DNA of 64,000 nucleotides from Paraspadella gotoi. Its lineage: Eukaryota; Animalia; Chaetognatha. The notes beneath the pieces are model-generated. The model did no database searches and was not told the DNA's origin. It was given only the letters and a program-made list of their open reading frames with translations. This document shows positions 59,800 to 64,000 of the stretch, piece by piece. Made by a program: the position numbers and the translations under genes. The stretch covers positions 1 through 64,000 of the forward strand of contig JBJCIZ010000836.1 of the NCBI GenBank assembly GCA_051294375.1, in the 5' to 3' direction. Numbering within the stretch: position 1 is the first letter of the stretch; every line of letters starts with the position of its first letter.

Positions 59800-62700
59800 T
59801 CGCCCGCGTCGCCGGCCAATCAACATCAAAACTTTTCTACCTGCGCGACCCTGATGCCGGCGTGGAGTGGCTCGTCGACGGTGGTTCCGAAGCCACCCTT
59901 TTACCCGCTACTGCCTCCGATCGCGCAAAGGCAGCGGCGGATCCTGTTGCCCTCAAAGCAGCCCTTGACGCCGCAAATTTTCCAATGCTCCACGCCGCCA
60001 ACAACACGCCCATCAAGATTTTTGGCATCAAAGAGATGAACATTCGCCTTGGCACCCGCGCCTACCCATACCTCGTCGCCCTCGCCGACGTCGCCACTCC
60101 AATCCTTGGTGCCGATTTCTTGATGGAATTCCACCTCGGCGTCGACCACCGACGCCGCCTACTCCTCAATCTTGATGACTTTAGCGTCATTGCCGGCCAC
60201 GCTGGAATAGGTTTCCCTACACCTCCTCCCAGTGTCCACCATGTCCGCGACGTCTACTCAACACTCCTTGATGAGCGCCCAGAACTCACTAAGCTCGTTT
60301 TCAATGCCGCACCTCCAAAGCATGGTGTGGAGCACCATATCCCAACAAAGGGCCCACCAGTCCACGCCCGTGCTCGACGCCTCGCCCCCGACCAACTTGC
60401 AGCCGCAAAAGCTGAATTCCAAAAGATGGAAGAACTCGGCATCATACGCCGATCTACCTCAGCATGGGCATCGCCACTTCATGTTACCCGAAAACCAGAT
60501 GGCTCCCTTCGCCCTTGTGGCGACTACCGGCGCCTCAATGGCGCCACCATTGATGATCGGTATCCAATCCGACACCTGATGGACTTTAATGCTGATATAG
60601 CAGGGAAGACCGTCTTCTCTAAGATAGACTTGTGCAAAGGCTATCACCAGATACCTGTCGCCAAGGGGGATCGCCACAAGACAGCCATCATCACTCCATT
60701 CGGTCTTTTTGAATTTGATTTCATGCCATTTGGGCTCAAAAACGCCGCACAAGACTTTCAGCGCATGATGGACCGTGTCCTCAGCGGCATTCCTCATGTC
60801 TTCATTTACCTTGATGACCTTCTTGTAGCCTCTAGCTCTCACGAAGAACATCTTGAAGACCTCAAACAAGTCTTCAATGCCCTCGCCAACAATGGCCTCG
60901 TTGTCAACAGAGCAAAGTGTGTGTTTGGCGCCTCAAGTCTTGAGTTTCTTGGCTACCATGTCGACCGTCATGGCATCAGACCACTTCCGACCAAGGTGGA
61001 CGCCATCCGCAACATGGCCACACCAAACACCATCAAGGAACTCCAACGCTTCCTGGGGATGTTAAACTACTATCGCCGTTTCATTCCCCATGCCGCTCAT
61101 CACCTCGCCCCTCTTTACGAGCTCCTTCAAGGAAAACGGCGCACCTTCAAGTGGGCGGAGCAACAAGAAGCTGCCTTCGGCGCCATCAAGGATGCCCTTG
61201 CCGATGCCACCCTTCTCGTCCATCCGGTTGATGGCGCCCCACTCGCTCTCACCGTCGATGCTTCCGACGTCGCGATTGGCGCCGTCCTCGAACAACGTGT
61301 TGAGGAATCCTGGCAGCCATTAGGATTCTTCTCCAAAGGCCTCCAAGGATCTCAAAGAAAATGGCCGCCATTTGATAAAGAGTTGTACGCCGCCCACACC
61401 GCCATCCGCCACTTTCGCCCTTATGTGGAAGGGCGCCGCTTTACGCTCTACAGCGACCACATTTCACTTGTCCCTGCACTCAGGAAAAAAGCAGAACCAC
61501 ACACGATGCGTCAAACGTATCAACTCGCGGGAATCGCCGAGTTCACCGGCGACATTCGACATATTTCCGGAAAGGCAAACGTCGTCGCTGACGCCCTTTC
61601 CCGCCCACCAAGCGCACCACCTCGGCCAGAACCAGCCCCAACAACTAAATCCAAAGACGAGGACCGCGAGAAAGATGATGTCATCGCCACAATCAACGCC
61701 ATTGGCACTGCAAGTGTCAACCTGGAGGCAATGGCCGCTGACCAGGAAGACGACGACGATGTCCAGCGCCTCCTCAATGATTCCCACACAGCCCTCCGTC
61801 TCAAACGCATCACAATCGGCCGTGCATCGCTCATCTGCGACGTTTCCGGTGCGCGGGCGCGCCCACTCGTTCCTGAGACATGGCGGCGCCGAATATTTGA
61901 TGCCACTCACAATGTCGGCCACCCCGGCGTCAAGGCGTCAAAGACTCTTGTATCAAAACGTTTTGTTTGGCCCTCTGTCTCCAGTGATGTCGGGCGATGG
62001 GCGGGTGCGTGTGACACATGCCAGCGCGCTAAAGTCCAACGGCACGTGCGCGCACCACTACAACACTTTGACCCTCCTACAAAAAGGTTTGCGCATGTCC
62101 ACGTCGATCTTGTAGGTCCACTGCCCCCTGCTTCCGGCCACACCCACCTTCTCACAATCATCGACCGCTTCACGCGCTGGCCAGAAGTGGCGCCGCTGCG
62201 TGACACTTCCGCCGCCTCCATCGCCAACGCCTTCCTTCTTTACTGGGTCTCCCGCTTTGGCGTGCCCGCCGTTGTCACAACAGATAGAGGCGCCCAATTC
62301 ACTTCCGAACTGTGGCGTCAAGTAGCGGCAGTGGTGGGTTTTGACCCTGCCACTACCACGGCGTACCATCCCCAGGCGAACGGGATGGTGGAAAGACTTC
62401 ATCGCACCCTCAAGGCAGCCCTTCGTGCGCGTTGTGACTCAGCTGGTAACAACTGGCTCCAACAGCTTCCCTGGACGCTCCTCAGCCTCCGAGCAACTCC
62501 AAGAGACGGGTCCGATATTTCTCCGGCTGAGCTAGCACTCGGAGAGACACTGACGCTTCCCGGACAGCTGCTTCCGGTCCCGACAACTGACGCAGACGCT
62601 GACGCCCGTGCGCGCATTCTTGAAGAGCTGCGTGCGGACGTCGCCCTGATGCAGCCTTTCCCAACATCTTGGCACACGATAATACCTTCACAAGTCCCCG

Positions 62701-63104
62701 AGACGCTCGCGGACGCCACGCGCGTCTACATCCGGCGCGACGGCCATTCGACACCTCTCCAGCCACCATACGACGGTCCATATATCGTCATTGAACGGGG
62801 TGAAAAAACTTTCAAAGTAGAAATTCCTGGGAGAGGCGTGGAGACGATCTCCGTCGACCGACTCAAACCCGCCGTCCTCGACGCCGATATTCCACCTCCT
62901 TCGCCTCCCCCGGCTCCGCGCCGCGGACGCCCACGTCTCGCTTCGCGAGCGCCTCCGCCAATGCCCCCGATCATTCCACCGCCTCCTCCCGCGTCACCGT
63001 CTATCATCCCAACACTCAGACGTCAGGCGAATCAAGTTCCAGGCCTGCTAAACATTTTGCCTACGATGCTGCAACCACCGGACGAAGATGAAACCTATCA
63101 ATAA
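59760..63104 (+). CDS. pol: Pol polyprotein (protease, RT, RNase H, integrase), in the -1 frame relative to gag
   Basis: LVDGGS; RPCGDYRRLN, MPFGLKNA and YLDD; VDAS, DKELY and ADALSR; H-x3-H..CDTC zinc finger; HVDLVGP, TDRG and VERLH (DDE); PPYDGPY. Confidence 0.97.
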   Translation: MQHGVKCQRRRPLVARVAGQSTSKLFYLRDPDAGVEWLVDGGSEATLLPATASDRAKAAADPVALKAALDAANFPMLHAANNTPIKIFGIKEMNIRLGTRAYPYLVALADVATPILGADFLMEFHLGVDHRRRLLLNLDDFSVIAGHAGIGFPTPPPSVHHVRDVYSTLLDERPELTKLVFNAAPPKHGVEHHIPTKGPPVHARARRLAPDQLAAAKAEFQKMEELGIIRRSTSAWASPLHVTRKPDGSLRPCGDYRRLNGATIDDRYPIRHLMDFNADIAGKTVFSKIDLCKGYHQIPVAKGDRHKTAIITPFGLFEFDFMPFGLKNAAQDFQRMMDRVLSGIPHVFIYLDDLLVASSSHEEHLEDLKQVFNALANNGLVVNRAKCVFGASSLEFLGYHVDRHGIRPLPTKVDAIRNMATPNTIKELQRFLGMLNYYRRFIPHAAHHLAPLYELLQGKRRTFKWAEQQEAAFGAIKDALADATLLVHPVDGAPLALTVDASDVAIGAVLEQRVEESWQPLGFFSKGLQGSQRKWPPFDKELYAAHTAIRHFRPYVEGRRFTLYSDHISLVPALRKKAEPHTMRQTYQLAGIAEFTGDIRHISGKANVVADALSRPPSAPPRPEPAPTTKSKDEDREKDDVIATINAIGTASVNLEAMAADQEDDDDVQRLLNDSHTALRLKRITIGRASLICDVSGARARPLVPETWRRRIFDATHNVGHPGVKASKTLVSKRFVWPSVSSDVGRWAGACDTCQRAKVQRHVRAPLQHFDPPTKRFAHVHVDLVGPLPPASGHTHLLTIIDRFTRWPEVAPLRDTSAASIANAFLLYWVSRFGVPAVVTTDRGAQFTSELWRQVAAVVGFDPATTTAYHPQANGMVERLHRTLKAALRARCDSAGNNWLQQLPWTLLSLRATPRDGSDISPAELALGETLTLPGQLLPVPTTDADADARARILEELRADVALMQPFPTSWHTIIPSQVPETLADATRVYIRRDGHSTPLQPPYDGPYIVIERGEKTFKVEIPGRGVETISVDRLKPAVLDADIPPPSPPPAPRRGRPRLASRAPPPMPPIIPPPPPASPSIIPTLRRQANQVPGLLNILPTMLQPPDEDETYQ

Positions 63105-63139
63105 CTCTCATAGTCTTCTCCCCACCGGGTCGAAGCCTC

Positions 63140-63151
63140 GGTGGGGGGATG
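63140..63151 (+). promoter_or_regulatory. Polypurine tract
   Basis: GGTGGGGGGATG immediately before the 3' LTR. Confidence 0.85.
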
Positions 63152-63189
63152 TGTGGCAGCAACCACACGTGACCTTCTGTAACCAAACG

Positions 63190-63229
<40 letters not shown>

Positions 63230-63391
63230 GCTCAACATACGATTTGACCAAGTTGTCCTCGTTGTCCTTACTAGTTCTGTATTGTCTCATTGTTTAGACT
63301 TAGCATCTCAAAATTGTTAATGTTATTCTTTATTGTTGGAGAATAAATCATTCTCGATCGAAACCTTGTGTCGTAATTATCTCCTGCCACA
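63152..63391 (+). repeat. 3' LTR
   Basis: Direct repeat of 58277-58522 with few differences. Confidence 0.95.
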
Positions 63392-64000
63392 ATTAACATT
63401 TTTAATCAGCCGAATTCTTTCTATCAATCTTCACTGTGGGTCCCCCAATTGTTTCTCCTAGACTTATTGTTTGCCCAAATATTCCCCCAAGGAGAAACAA
63501 TATTGGTAAAGTACTTTGTTCCTTAACTAGTAGTACAAGTCACCTCAACTGTAAATAGGGGTCAGTTCGAACCCCTAAGGTCCGAACTTGAGGGGGAGTG
63601 AGGCGTACTTACCACAGGTCTCTCTCTCTAACCTTCCTCTCTCCTCTTTCTTCGAGCCGGTCTATTCCACACGGTCACTTTGCCCTAGCGTTTGGCAATG
63701 ACCTTAGATTGACCGACACAGTAATAGGGCCGAGGCGACCGTAAGGTCAATTGGTCCGGGCGATGATTAAAAAGTGGCATCAGGAGAGAGCTAGACTCAC
63801 TTCTTTCTACTTCTCTTACAACGTCACAATTCTTCACTCTCTCTTCATATTTATTATTACATTTTTCGTCTTCTGGCGAGATCAGTATACTTTTAAGATT
63901 TTTTTAACTTGCCATCATTTTTTCACAATAATTAATTAATTAATTAACTAATTAATTAATTAAAACATTTATTAGTAATCATTAAGTATTAAAGATTCAA

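Larger units (their letters stand above)
58277..63391 (+). mobile_element. Ty3/Gypsy LTR retrotransposon, CsRn1/Kabuki lineage
   Basis: Two ~240-bp LTRs, a tRNA-Trp PBS, a CHCC-type gag knuckle, PR-RT-RH-IN domain order, a GPY motif and a PPT. Confidence 0.97.

Noticed and set aside
59837-63007. Numerous antisense and overlapping ORFs within pol and other GC-rich exons
   Set aside because: These are expected shadow ORFs in GC-rich coding DNA, with no independent signals.
63529-63540. AGTAGT as a Maverick terminus
   Set aside because: I found no matching inverted partner or 6-bp TSD in the window, and the motif is too short to be meaningful alone.
63650-63660. CTTCGAGCCGG as a tRNA-Tyr PBS of a Bel/Pao element
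   Set aside because: It lacks the leading TGG, and there is no adjacent LTR end or gag.

Overview
AT-rich, repeat-dense window from a eukaryotic (probably invertebrate metazoan) genome, with four N gaps and frequent indels. Bases 1-38,000 are mostly nested non-autonomous elements: two families of Helentron-associated (DINE-1/HINE-like) repeats, TA-, TTAA- and 8-bp-TSD MITEs, Penelope-like remnants with minimal hammerhead ribozyme motifs, and one GC-rich three-exon orphan gene. The right end holds two related Ty3/Gypsy LTR retrotransposons of the CsRn1/Kabuki type. One has an intact pol (58277-63391, +); the other is heavily frameshifted and has a 4-bp TSD (48502-53930, -). The most interesting part is 38.5-58 kb, a compact cluster of spliced, non-housekeeping genes that looks like a relic of a large virus-like DNA element. 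It includes an internally shortened chuvirus/gB-like envelope glycoprotein, two mucin-like glycoproteins, a RING finger and a three-exon orphan gene. It also includes a broken retroviral-type integrase fused to the N-terminus of a Maverick/Polinton-like small protein. I saw no capsid, polB or ATPase genes and no element termini. Family assignments for this cluster come from motif recognition by eye and need profile or structure searches.
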